64,000 nucleotides of DNA from Myxococcota bacterium (GTDB lineage: Bacteria > Myxococcota_A > Polyangia > Nannocystales > Nannocystaceae), in contig JBCCWC010000007.1 of the NCBI GenBank assembly GCA_039194325.1, positions 64,001 through 128,000 on the forward strand, given 5' to 3'. Position numbers and translations under genes: made by a program. This document shows, piece by piece, positions 1 to 9,410 of this stretch; position 1 is the stretch's first letter; every line of letters begins with the position of its first letter. The notes beneath the pieces were generated by a model. The model saw only the letters and a program-made list of their open reading frames with translations, searched no databases and had not been told where the DNA came from.

Positions 1-1
1 G

Positions 2-481
2 GCGCGTGAGCAGCTGGCGGCGACCCTCGAGGCCCGCGGCCTGGCACACCTGGTAGAGCTGCCGGGCTGGGTCTCCCCGGATCAGATGGCGGCCTACTAC
101 GCCAAGGCCCACGTGGCGATCGTCCCCACTCGCGCCGAGATCGGCGAGGGCATGGCGATGGCCGCCGTCGAGGCCGTCATCGCGGGGCGCCCCGTCGTGA
201 CCTCCTCGGTGGTCCCGGCGCTCGAGGTCCTGCGGCCGGCCTGCGTCGAGGCCAAGGTGGACGACGTGTCCAGCTACGTGAGCGCGCTGGAGCGCCTGAT
301 GAACGACGAGGCGTTCTATAACGACAAGCACGCCGCGTGCTCGACCCTGGGCTGGGAGTTCTTCGACCACCGGCAGGGCTTGGCAGCGATCGTCGAGCAG
401 GTGCTCACCCGCGACATCGTGCGCAACGACCCGGCGCTCCCAACGAGCGCACAGCGGGCCCTCTGTGCCGCGATCCGGTGA
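2..481 (+). CDS. Glycosyltransferase family 4 (GT-B), C-terminal part, 5'-truncated by window edge
   Basis: LPGWVSP..MAAYY..AHVAIVPT..EGMAMAAVEAVIAGRPVV matches the GT4 E-x7-E region. Confidence 0.8.
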   Translation, partial: AREQLAATLEARGLAHLVELPGWVSPDQMAAYYAKAHVAIVPTRAEIGEGMAMAAVEAVIAGRPVVTSSVVPALEVLRPACVEAKVDDVSSYVSALERLMNDEAFYNDKHAACSTLGWEFFDHRQGLAAIVEQVLTRDIVRNDPALPTSAQRALCAAIR

Positions 482-562
482 GCGACGGCGTGAGCGACCA
501 AGCCTCTCGGCGCCCGCGGGTCGACCAGGCCATTCGCCCACGAGCCCGCCCACGAGCGACGA

Positions 563-1219
563 TCAGGCCGCCCGGGAACCCGACTTGGCGCCGGAATTGG
601 CGCTCTTGCGCATCAACTTGCGCACGATCGCGGCGGGCAGCTGATATGCATCGACCGGCTTGGGGCTCTTGACCACCGTGCACGGCGGGACATCTTCGGT
701 CACGACGCACCCCGCCCCCACGATGGCATGCTCGCCGATCGTCACCCCGGCCAGGATCGTCACCCCGGCCCCAATCGCCGCCCCCTGCTTGATCGTGGTG
801 GGCTTGGCGTGCTTGGGGACCATCGAGGCGATCGGCCGCAGGGGGTGCGCATCGAAGTTGAGGTGCGTGAGGATCGTGGTGCGCATACCGATGCCCGCCC
901 CATCTTCGATGGTGATCGCCTCGGTCAGATCGAAGAAGACCTCCTTGCCGATGTGGCAGTGCGCGCCGATCTTCAGGTTGGAGTAGTCGGTCGGAGCCTC
1001 GTGGACTGTGATCCACGGACCTATCGGCTGACAGTCGGGATGGATGTCAGCGCCGTAGCGTGAAAGCGTCTCGCGGGTGATGGTGGGCGATGCACACTGC
1101 TTGAGATAGCCCGTGACCGCGCCGAGCCCTCCGTGCGCGTAGAGCAACCGAACATCAGGGAACTGCACCAGGGCGTGGAGCCGCATTTTGAGGTACTCGG
1201 AGATCTTGCGCCGGATCAT
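563..1219 (-). CDS. Hexapeptide-repeat (left-handed beta-helix) acyltransferase
   Basis: IGAGVTILAGVTIGEHAIVGAGCVVTEDVPP hexapeptide repeats. Confidence 0.85.
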   Translation of the reverse strand: MIRRKISEYLKMRLHALVQFPDVRLLYAHGGLGAVTGYLKQCASPTITRETLSRYGADIHPDCQPIGPWITVHEAPTDYSNLKIGAHCHIGKEVFFDLTEAITIEDGAGIGMRTTILTHLNFDAHPLRPIASMVPKHAKPTTIKQGAAIGAGVTILAGVTIGEHAIVGAGCVVTEDVPPCTVVKSPKPVDAYQLPAAIVRKLMRKSANSGAKSGSRAA

Positions 1220-1994
1220 GGGGGGAACTCCTATGGAGGAAAACGGTGGGGGGCAGGCCCAGGGAATTCCTCGGCCAGGAGTGCAGTCCTAGTCGATTTT
1301 TTTTCAGCGTCTGGCAAAAAAAAACGCTCGCGCCGCCAGCGCTCCTCCTGATCACCCACACACGAGCACAGAGCGGTCTTGGTGCCGAATCAACTCTCTT
1401 ATGAGGATGATCATGCGACGATGATTCGAATGTCCGGAAAACCCTACACCCACTTTGCGTAGCAAGCGCTTTGCCGACCGTGGGATCTGCTCTCATGGAA
1501 CGTGGGCTCTCGGGCCGGTCAGGGAAAACCTTCTGTCCGGGTCGCCGAACCGCGGCCCATGGTCCGGCAATCGACATCGTGTCGCAACGACCCGGCGCTC
1601 CTCAAGAGCCCGCCTTGGGACCACTGGGTCCGCGGACCGCCAAGAGTCTCGGTTCGTGGTGTTCCCCCTTTCCGCCGATGACCTGCGGCCGAGATCGATA
1701 GCCTGATGCCTTCGATCAATGAAGCGGTCACCGTGACTTCTCGTGACACTCGTCATGCCCAGGCCGGCTAGCCGGGCAGCAAGTCATGGGTTCACGGAGA
1801 ATAGGGCGAGGCCGGCGAGGCCGACTTCGGGCCACACTTCACTTTAGGGCCATTGAGTGGGTGAAGCTCTTGCCCTCGACAACCGAGCCAACGCTGCGAA
1901 TGCTGAGATCGACCCTTACTAATCTTCATCATACTCGATGAGGGACTTCCCGTATCGAGACAGGGACATCACGGCTGCTAGATTGATCGTTGAT

Positions 1995-3389
1995 ATGGAA
2001 CATCGTGGATCGACTCATCTTCGAACGCCGCCCAAGGCGCCCGGTGTGCCCATTGTGGGCTCCCTGCCGAATTTGCTGCTCAGCCGCTTCGAATTCTTCG
2101 ACCGTGCTCGAGACCAGTGCGGGAGGATCTTCAACGTCGACCTGGGCATCAACGAATTGACGATCGTCGGCGACCCCGTCGCCGCCGAGGCGATCTTGGT
2201 CCAGCGCTCGCGGAATTTCGACAAAGGAGGGGAGTTTTGGGAGGGCGCCCGGGAGACAGTGGGCAACGGGCTCGCGCTGAGCGAGGGCGACTACTGGCGG
2301 CGACAACGTCGGATCATGAACCCAGAATTTCGCCGGAAGCGGATCGCCGGCCTCGCGGCCACGATCGCCGCGACCGTCGAAGAGCTTCTCCCCGAGCTCG
2401 AGCCATACGCAGCGCGTGGCGAGACCATGGACATCTCTCCGTGGGCCTGCAAGTTGCTGGCAACGCTGACCGTGCGGCTGCTATTCGGGTCCGAGCTCGA
2501 AGAGGCGACCTTCGTCGCGTTCAAGGATGCGCTGCGGGTCATGCTCGATGGGATCTTGTCGGGGATCCTCACCCGCAAGCTCCCGAGCTGGGTGCCGGTC
2601 CCGGGCGCCGCCCGCTTCGAGGCCGCCCGGCGGACCGTCGACGAGATCGTGCTCGAGCTCATCGCCGAGCGCCGCGCGGCTGGCAGCACGGGCCATGATC
2701 TGCTGAGCTTGCTGCTCGCCGCGACCGATGGCGAAGGCGGGATGTCCGATCAGCAGCTACGCGACGAAGTCGTCCTGACGTACATCGCCGGCTACGAGAC
2801 GACCGCGTGGACGCTCGCGTGGGCGCTGATGCTGCTCGCCTGCGAGCCTGCGCTCGTGAGCGAGCTCCATGCCGAACTCGACGAGCACGACGACTTCACG
2901 ACGATCCCGCTGCTCGACGCCTGCATACGCGAGACCCTACGCCTCTATCCCTCGGCGCCGATGCTCCCTCGCCGGGCGCTCGTCGACGAGGAACTCGGTG
3001 GCTATCGGATCCCCGCCGGGACGAACCTCATCGTGTTGCCTTGGCTCATCCATCGCGATCCGGAGATCTGGCCCGCCCCCAAGCGCTTCGACCCGCGCCG
3101 TCACCTCGAACAGACCGCCCGGCCGCGCCTGGCGTGGATGCCCTTTGGCGCGGGTCAGCGCACCTGCATTGGCAAGGGCCTGGCCATGATGGAAGCCAAC
3201 ATGACGCTGAGCATGTTCCTACGCCGCTTCACGCCGCTCCCGGCTTCGGGGCGCCAACGCTCGGAGCCTCGGCTAGCGTCGACCTTGTCGTCGCGCAACG
3301 GGATCTGGCTTCGCCTGGCATCACGCACCGCGACCTATCGAGACGACGCTCGAAGCCTCGAGTCGGCGCAGGCGCCCGCCACTCGATGA
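1995..3389 (+). CDS. Cytochrome P450
   Basis: I-helix AGYETT, ExxR (ETLR), heme motif FGAGQRTCIG; alternative start at 1938. Confidence 0.95.
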   Translation: MEHRGSTHLRTPPKAPGVPIVGSLPNLLLSRFEFFDRARDQCGRIFNVDLGINELTIVGDPVAAEAILVQRSRNFDKGGEFWEGARETVGNGLALSEGDYWRRQRRIMNPEFRRKRIAGLAATIAATVEELLPELEPYAARGETMDISPWACKLLATLTVRLLFGSELEEATFVAFKDALRVMLDGILSGILTRKLPSWVPVPGAARFEAARRTVDEIVLELIAERRAAGSTGHDLLSLLLAATDGEGGMSDQQLRDEVVLTYIAGYETTAWTLAWALMLLACEPALVSELHAELDEHDDFTTIPLLDACIRETLRLYPSAPMLPRRALVDEELGGYRIPAGTNLIVLPWLIHRDPEIWPAPKRFDPRRHLEQTARPRLAWMPFGAGQRTCIGKGLAMMEANMTLSMFLRRFTPLPASGRQRSEPRLASTLSSRNGIWLRLASRTATYRDDARSLESAQAPATR

Positions 3390-3416
3390 CCGGGAGGCAC
3401 GCGTTCGTTCGCTGCT

Positions 3417-4454
3417 ATGCTGGCGCTCGTGCCCGAGCCCGACCGCGCGGCGCCCAACCTGGAGACCAGCCTGGAGACCAGCCTGGAGACCAGCCTGGAG
3501 ACCCTGGTGCTCTCGGCCACCGGCGCACGCGCGATCGTGGACACGCAGATCGTCCAGCGCTTGTGGAGCGGCTATGGGCAGATCGTACGGTGCTGGCTCG
3601 AAGGTGGCGCTCGACCCAGCGTAATCGTCAAGCACGTGCGCTGGCCCGATGAGCGCCGTCACCCCTACGGCTGGAGCTCCGATCGCTCTCACGAGCGCAA
3701 GCTGCGGTCCTATCGGGTCGAGACGACGTGGTACGAGCGCTACGCCACGCGATGCACCGATGCGTGTCGCGTGCCGCACTGCCTGGCCGTCACCACCCGG
3801 GCCGACGAGGTCTTCATGGTCTTGGAGGATCTCGACGCCGCCGGTTTTCCCGGCCGACGCCAGCAGGTGAGCCACGCGCAGCTCGATGCTTGCCTCTCGT
3901 GGATCGCCAGCTTTCACGCCACCTTCATGGGCGAGCGCCCCGAGGGCCTGTGGGCCACCGGCACCTACTGGCACCTGGCCACCCGCCCCGACGAGCTCGA
4001 GGCTCTCGAGGACGGGCCGCTCAAGGCGGCCGCGGGGATGCTCGATCGCCGGCTCGCACAAAGCCCCTTCCAGACCTTCGTCCACGGCGACGCCAAGCTG
4101 GCCAACTTTTGCTTCGACACGGGCGGACGCCGAGCCGCCGCGGTCGACTTTCAGTATGTCGGGGGTGGCTGCGGCATGAAGGACGTCGCCTACTTCATCA
4201 GCAGCTGCCTCGACGAGCAGGACAGCGAGCGCATGGAGCAGGAACTGCTCGATCTATACTTTCGGCGGCTGCGCGACGCGCTAGAGCGCGGGGGCCAGGC
4301 GCTCGACGTGCGAGCGCTAGAGGACGACTGGCGGGCGCTCTACCCCGTGGCCTGGACCGATTTCTTTCGCTTCTTGCAAGGATGGAGCCCGGGTCACTGG
4401 AAGATCCACCGGTACAGCCAGCGGCTCGCCCGCGAGGTCTTGGAGGCGCTATGA
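3417..4454 (+). CDS. APH/ecdysteroid-kinase-like phosphotransferase
   Basis: [18 protein letters not shown] kinase-like motifs. Confidence 0.85.
   Translation: MLALVPEPDRAAPNLETSLETSLETSLETLVLSATGARAIVDTQIVQRLWSGYGQIVRCWLEGGARPSVIVKHVRWPDERRHPYGWSSDRSHERKLRSYRVETTWYERYATRCTDACRVPHCLAVTTRADEVFMVLEDLDAAGFPGRRQQVSHAQLDACLSWIASFHATFMGERPEGLWATGTYWHLATRPDELEALEDGPLKAAAGMLDRRLAQSPFQTFVHGDAKLANFCFDTGGRRAAAVDFQYVGGGCGMKDVAYFISSCLDEQDSERMEQELLDLYFRRLRDALERGGQALDVRALEDDWRALYPVAWTDFFRFLQGWSPGHWKIHRYSQRLAREVLEAL
3458..3503 (+). repeat. 12-bp in-frame tandem repeat (CCTGGAGACCAG x~4, LETS repeats)
   Basis: Directly visible. Confidence 0.9.
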
Positions 4455-5329
4455 CGCTCTCACCCGACCATCTACGGCATCTGGCCGATCTCGCCATCGA
4501 GGCCGCCGAGACGGCCGGGCGCATGATCGCCAGCTCGCGGCCCCAGCAGGTCGAGCGCAAGGCCGGGGCGCTGAGCCTCGCGTCTGCGGTGGTGACCGAG
4601 ATCGATCGGCGCAGCCAGGCACTGATCCTCGAGCTCCTCACGCCCACTCTCGGGCGCTTCGAGCTCGGCCTGCTCACCGAGGAACAAGAGGACGACCGTA
4701 GCCGCCTGGAGGCCGACTACTTTTGGTGCATCGATCCTCTCGACGGCACCCTGCCGTTCATCGAGTCGTCGCCCGGCTACGCGGTCTCGATCGCGCTGGT
4801 CGCCCGCGATGGCACCCCCCAGATCGGCGTGGTCTACGATCCCGTCGAGGCCATGCTGCTGCATGCGATCGCAGGGCTCGGGGTGTTCCGCAACCGCGAC
4901 CGCTGGTCGCCCTCCCTGTCGCCCCACCAGCCCGATCCACTCTTGGTGTTTGCCGACCGCAGCTTCATGGAGCGAGACGATCACGATCGCCTCGTCGCGG
5001 CGCTGGAGCAGATCGCCCGCGACATGGGCCTCGCCGACCTACGCATTCAGGCGACCGGTGGTGCGGTGATGAACGCCTGTCGGGTGCTCGCCCATCCGCC
5101 GGCTTGCTACTTCAAGTTTCCCAAGCCGACCGGCGGCGGCAGCCTGTGGGATTTCGCGGCTACCGCGTGCCTCTTCCATGAGGCCGGCGCCATCGCCACC
5201 GACATCGACGGCGGTCCCCTCGACCTGAACCGAGCGGACTCCACCTTCATGAGTCATCGCGGAGTTCTGTTCGCCACCAATGGCGCTCTGGCGCGGCGGA
5301 TCCGGGCGCTACGCCCTGGTGCGGATTGA
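4451..5329 (+). CDS. Inositol monophosphatase / CysQ-family phosphatase
   Basis: [19 protein letters not shown] motifs; ATGA overlap with the kinase stop. Confidence 0.9.
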   Translation: MTLSPDHLRHLADLAIEAAETAGRMIASSRPQQVERKAGALSLASAVVTEIDRRSQALILELLTPTLGRFELGLLTEEQEDDRSRLEADYFWCIDPLDGTLPFIESSPGYAVSIALVARDGTPQIGVVYDPVEAMLLHAIAGLGVFRNRDRWSPSLSPHQPDPLLVFADRSFMERDDHDRLVAALEQIARDMGLADLRIQATGGAVMNACRVLAHPPACYFKFPKPTGGGSLWDFAATACLFHEAGAIATDIDGGPLDLNRADSTFMSHRGVLFATNGALARRIRALRPGAD

Positions 5330-5404
5330 CGACCGCCCGCGACGACCCGTCGCGACTCATGTGGCTTGACACCCCGGGCCACCGCCGCGAATGATCCAGC
5401 GCCG

Positions 5405-6601
5405 ATGCCCACCGAAGAACGGTCCGCGTCCTTTCACTTCGATCCTCCGCAGCGCGTATTGCTGGGCCCCGGCCCTAGCGATGTGCCCGCCCGGGTGCTC
5501 AGCGCGCTCGCTCGGCCTACCGTGGGCTATCTCGACCCGAGCTACACGGGATTGCTCGAGCAGCTGCAGGTACAGATGCGCCGGCTGTTTCGCGTGGACT
5601 ACCCGCACACCTTGGCCATGACCGGGGCGGGCACCGCAGCCATGGAGGCGGCGCTCTATAACGTGCTCGAGCCCGGCGACCGCGTGGTGGCTGGGGTTCA
5701 CGGGTACTTTGGCGACCGGATGCGGCAGGTCGCCGAGCGGGCGGGCGCCGAGGTCCACGTGGTGGAGGCTCCCTGGGGCGAGCCAACCTCCGCCGCCGCG
5801 ATCCGGGCCGCGCTCGAGGCCAAGGGAGGCGCTCGGGTGGTCTGCGTGCCGCACGGCGAGACCTCCACCGGGGTGTGCCAGCCCATTGCCGAGCTGGCCA
5901 AGGCCGCCCATGATCACGGGGCGCTGATGGTGGTCGACACCGTCGCGTCGCTGGGCGGGGCCGATTTCGACGCGCAGGGCTGGGGGGTCGACGTGGCGTA
6001 CACCGGGTCACAAAAGTGCATCAGCGCCCCGCCGGGGTTGTCACCGATCACCTTCAGTCCCCGCGCCATGGACGTGGTGCACGCACGCAAGACGCCGTGC
6101 GCCAGCTGGTACCTCGACCTGCTGCCCAACCTCACCATGTGGGAGCGTCCGCACAAGTACCACCACACCGGGTCGATCAACCTCGCCTACGCCCTGCACG
6201 AAGCACTGTGCATCATCGACGAGGAAGGCCTGGCCAACCGGGTGGCCCGCACCGCCACCACCGCGCGCGCCTTGTGGGCTGGCCTCGAAGGACTGGGGAT
6301 CTCGCTGCTGGTCGCGCCCGAGCACCGGCTACCCACCCTCACCTCGGCGCGCGTGCCCGAGGGGATCGACGAGGCGCGCGTACGCGCCGACCTGATGGGT
6401 CACTACGGCGTGGAGATCGCCGGCGGCCTCGGCCCGCTGGCGGGCAAGATCTGGCGGATCGGCCTGATGGGCGCGTCGTGCTCGCGACGCAACGTGATGC
6501 TGCTGCTCACCGCGCTCGAGGAAGCCCTGCGGACGCAAGGGCACTCGGTGACCGCCGGCGCGGGCACGGCCGCGGCCAGTGAGGTGTTCGAGGCGGGCTG
6601 A
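5405..6601 (+). CDS. Alanine--glyoxylate aminotransferase family (class V PLP)
   Basis: LLGPGPS, HGETSTG, TGSQKC (PLP Lys), RIGLMG. Confidence 0.92.
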   Translation: MPTEERSASFHFDPPQRVLLGPGPSDVPARVLSALARPTVGYLDPSYTGLLEQLQVQMRRLFRVDYPHTLAMTGAGTAAMEAALYNVLEPGDRVVAGVHGYFGDRMRQVAERAGAEVHVVEAPWGEPTSAAAIRAALEAKGGARVVCVPHGETSTGVCQPIAELAKAAHDHGALMVVDTVASLGGADFDAQGWGVDVAYTGSQKCISAPPGLSPITFSPRAMDVVHARKTPCASWYLDLLPNLTMWERPHKYHHTGSINLAYALHEALCIIDEEGLANRVARTATTARALWAGLEGLGISLLVAPEHRLPTLTSARVPEGIDEARVRADLMGHYGVEIAGGLGPLAGKIWRIGLMGASCSRRNVMLLLTALEEALRTQGHSVTAGAGTAAASEVFEAG

Positions 6602-6699
6602 GGGGCGGGCGAGCGTTCCTGCAAATGGCTCCGCGATGGGTGGTCCAAAGCGGATCTACCTGCGGGACTGCATACCGTGGAGCGGCATGACGCGGGCGC

Positions 6700-7176
6700 C
6701 TATGATTCGAGGCAGGTGAACCCGGGAGGTGCTCCGTTGTCCCAGTTCCCCCTCGACCAATAGATGTCCTTGAGCCATTCGCCGGTCTCGTAGTATTCGA
6801 GGCACTCGTCGTCGACGAAGTCATAGTTGGCCGCGAGCCGCTTGCACTCTTCGTAAGCGAGCTCGTTATACTCTTCTTTGAGGGTTCCTGCCTCTGGCCA
6901 GCCACGCCGCGACAGCCGCTCGCCCAGGCTGTCGTACTCCTCCTCGGTCAGGCACAGACACACGGTACCAGTGCGGTTGTTCTCTTGGTCCAGGATCAAT
7001 GAGCGTCTTTCGTCCGCGTAAAAACCGCGAGGGTTGATGAGCCAAAGACATGCGGGCTCACCGTACCCCTCGAGCTCATCGCCGACCACTCGGTCTTGGC
7101 ACGAGCAACTCATCCCGGCGAGAGTCGTCGCCGCCAGTCCGACTACGGCACGAAGAAATAGTGGAAGTCCAGCCAT
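6700..7176 (-). CDS. Cys-rich secreted/lipoprotein hypothetical
   Basis: Hydrophobic N-terminus ending in LAGMSC; several Cys; overlaps the upstream gene. Confidence 0.65.
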   Translation of the reverse strand: MAGLPLFLRAVVGLAATTLAGMSCSCQDRVVGDELEGYGEPACLWLINPRGFYADERRSLILDQENNRTGTVCLCLTEEEYDSLGERLSRRGWPEAGTLKEEYNELAYEECKRLAANYDFVDDECLEYYETGEWLKDIYWSRGNWDNGAPPGFTCLES

Positions 7177-8165
7177 TGCGTTCCTCGCATCACCCGCACA
7201 TCGAGTTTAGTCTCACTGGCGCTCTGGGCGTAGACGTGTAGGGCAGCCTCCAGGTCGTCGATGACCGTGCCGTCCACCGATTCGAGTCGGTCACCGGTAC
7301 GAAGTCCCAGCGTATAGGCGACCGAGCCGGGCTCGACGTCGATGAATACGTGCCGCCGTGCCGCTCTATCGTAGACGAGCCGGGGACTTTCGCTGAGCAG
7401 CGGCATGGGATCATCGTAGAGCATCTTCGCAAACGCTCGGTCGATCTCGCAAATCGTCCCCTCACAGGACACGAACAAGGGCGCATCCAGACCTATGGCT
7501 CCGGCGGAGGTGTCAACGGAACCTGACTCGTCGCCCGTAGAATCGGCACCTCCAAACCCACCGGTCGTCTCACACAATCCGCCGTCGTCGCCGGTCGCAC
7601 ACTCGTAGGGGTTGAGATCGGGGCACGAACCACCCGATGGCGGACCCCCATACTCGCAGCTTCCGATGCACGACCCAGATCCGGCAAAGTTATGACCCTC
7701 CACAACTGATGCATTTGGTCCGTTGGTCTGCCAACAGTTGTGATTGTAGCCCGGAAGAACGAGCGACTGACACTCCTGCCGCGCCGCGTTCTCGATTGCA
7801 TCGAGCAGCGCCTCGAGCTTGCACGCAGGTGCATCGTCCTCGAGAATCTGATTCTCGGCGTCGTTGAAGCAGCGACAGCCTTGCGGCGTCGCGCCGTCGG
7901 CATCGACGACGGGCTCCGCGTTTTCGATGCTCCCGTCCGAAGGCCACTGTAGCGCGTTGGCGAGGTTGCGGCACCAGTCGTGGCCAGGGGTGTTCACCCT
8001 GATACAGGTGTCATGGTAGATGCACCCGCTCTGGCCAGGCGCGAGGACAGCTGCTAGCAGTCCAAGGGCGACCCCACCCCCACTGATCAGCCACAGACCG
8101 CGTAAACCCATTGGTTGCGACTCGGCACCGGCCCGAGAGCGAGGTACTGATCTATGACGATCCAT
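7143..8165 (-). CDS. Cys-rich putative lipoprotein with C-terminal PDZ domain
   Basis: Signal ending QSGC; C-terminal PGSVAYTLGLRTGDRLESVDG PDZ signature. Confidence 0.7.
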   Translation of the reverse strand: MDRHRSVPRSRAGAESQPMGLRGLWLISGGGVALGLLAAVLAPGQSGCIYHDTCIRVNTPGHDWCRNLANALQWPSDGSIENAEPVVDADGATPQGCRCFNDAENQILEDDAPACKLEALLDAIENAARQECQSLVLPGYNHNCWQTNGPNASVVEGHNFAGSGSCIGSCEYGGPPSGGSCPDLNPYECATGDDGGLCETTGGFGGADSTGDESGSVDTSAGAIGLDAPLFVSCEGTICEIDRAFAKMLYDDPMPLLSESPRLVYDRAARRHVFIDVEPGSVAYTLGLRTGDRLESVDGTVIDDLEAALHVYAQSASETKLDVRVMRGTQWLDFHYFFVP

Positions 8166-8457
8166 GGCGAGAGGCGAAGGATAGCATTGCTGAACGTCAA
8201 TGGTACGTTAGTGGCGGCAAAAACGAGGTCCCCGAGCCGAATTCCGGAAGCCCTGCCCATCGAGGCCCCGGTGAGCGTCCCGCACCCGGTCATCGCCCTG
8301 GACGCTCAACGAACTCGGTGACGCCTACGGCCCGGGCATCTAGGGCAGCAACCTTGACCCAGACCTCGAACGCGCCGAACTTCAGTGGGCTCCCCGGCCG
8401 ACGCAGCATCTGAGCCCAGGACCCCAAGCGCATCGAGTATCTCGACGCACGCTCGCG

Positions 8458-8485
8458 AAGCGCCTAACTGCTAGACTACACGCCA
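8458..8485 (-). pseudogene. 5'-half remnant of a fifth tRNA-Pro-like gene
   Basis: 22/28 identity to the 5' end of the tRNA at 8728-8799; D-stem GTCT/AGGC still pairs; no 3' half found. Confidence 0.6.
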
Positions 8486-8521
8486 ATTCCTCTCGATTCA
8501 AACCAGTCGAGATACCGTTAT

Positions 8522-8596
8522 TGGTCGGCGTGGCAGGAATCGAACCTGCGATCTCTTGTACCCAAAACAAGTGCCCTACCGCTGGGCTACACGCCG
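8522..8596 (-). tRNA. tRNA-Pro(TGG), CCA encoded
   Basis: CGGCGTG/CACGCCG acceptor stem, GCCC/GGGC D-stem, CTTGT-TTTGGGT-ACAAG anticodon arm, GCAGG-TTCGATT-CCTGC T-arm, A73-CCA. Confidence 0.93.
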
Positions 8597-8608
8597 ATGT
8601 TCACGTAG

Positions 8609-8681
8609 TCGGTGAGGCGGGACTCGAACCCGCGATCTCCTGTATCCGAAACAGGTACCCTAGCCGCTGGACCACTCACCG
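8609..8681 (-). tRNA. tRNA-Pro(CGG), atypical (A37, no CCA)
   Basis: CGGTGAG/CTCACCG acceptor stem, CCTGT-TTCGGAT-ACAGG anticodon arm, GCGGG-TTCGAGT-CCCGC T-arm, A73. Confidence 0.88.
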
Positions 8682-8727
8682 ATTTATTCAATTCAATCTA
8701 TGCTTGTTTTGCTCTGTCGTGCTTGAG

Positions 8728-8799
8728 TCGGCGTGGCAGGAATCGAACCTGCGATCTCTTGCTCCCCGAGCAAGCGCCCTACCGCTGGGCTACACGCCG
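8728..8799 (-). tRNA. tRNA-Pro(GGG), atypical (C33, no CCA)
   Basis: Same body as the TGG copy; anticodon arm CTTGC-TCGGGGA-GCAAG. Confidence 0.82.
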
Positions 8800-8811
8800 A
8801 TGTTCACGTAG

Positions 8812-8884
8812 TCGGTGAGGCGGGACTCGAACCCGCGATCTCCTGTATCCGAAACAGGTACCCTAGCCGCTGGACCACTCACCG
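8812..8884 (-). tRNA. tRNA-Pro(CGG), identical to 8609-8681
   Basis: Exact copy 203 bp away; full cloverleaf. Confidence 0.88.
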
Positions 8885-9226
8885 ATATCTGGGCTCGAGC
8901 GGCGAGCCTCGAGAGCACCTGCGCACCTGCGACCCTCGGCCCCGGCGTCGCGCGTCCCCATGGGGGATGCACGACGCCGGAGCCCCGCACGTGGTGAGAC
9001 CCGGCCGACCTGCGAGGCAGCGAGTCGACGACCGAACCGGTCGCGCTCGGCACTCGCTGTGAGTCACCCCGCTCCTGTGGCAACAAAGAGGAGCCGGCGA
9101 TGGGCCTTGGCATTCGACCCGCAATGGACGGAATCACGGTGGATCCGTGCCCGGGTCGGCCTCGCCAGCCTCACCAGATCTTACTGAGACGGCACTACAA
9201 TGCCTCTCGAGGGGTTCGCCTATCGA

Positions 9227-9277
9227 GCCACTTACCGAGGCCACTTACCGAGGCCACTTACCGAGGCCACTTACCGA
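9227..9277. repeat. 13-bp tandem repeat (GCCACTTACCGAG x4)
   Basis: Directly visible, intergenic. Confidence 0.9.
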
Positions 9278-9410
9278 TCCAACTGATCGGTTGCGCCCAC
9301 CGGTGGGGTAGGCGCGACCACGGGCAGTGCTGGATCGCTGCAACCGCCCCGCAAGCGCAGGCTGTCGCGCAGATCCAGAGTCTGTCGCTTCGTGGTCATG
9401 ATGGATTGCT

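Noticed and set aside
1995..3389. CYP51 sterol demethylase or terpene-tailoring P450
   Set aside because: I-helix is AGYETT rather than the CYP51 AGxHTS type, and it lies 8-18 kb from the CPI and terpene genes; no link can be shown.
3728..4450. Kinase-phosphatase fusion or 533-aa ORF
   Set aside because: The upstream part is an alternate frame of the kinase gene; the real start is the ATG at 4451 overlapping the TGA.
8522..8884. CRISPR-like repeat/spacer appearance
   Set aside because: The repeats fold as complete tRNA cloverleafs, one spacer is itself duplicated, and there are no cas genes.
8521..9062. ORFs 8521-8811, 8612-8818, 8733-9062 and 8815-8997
   Set aside because: Antisense translations of tRNA genes (GIEPA / RDSNPR signatures).
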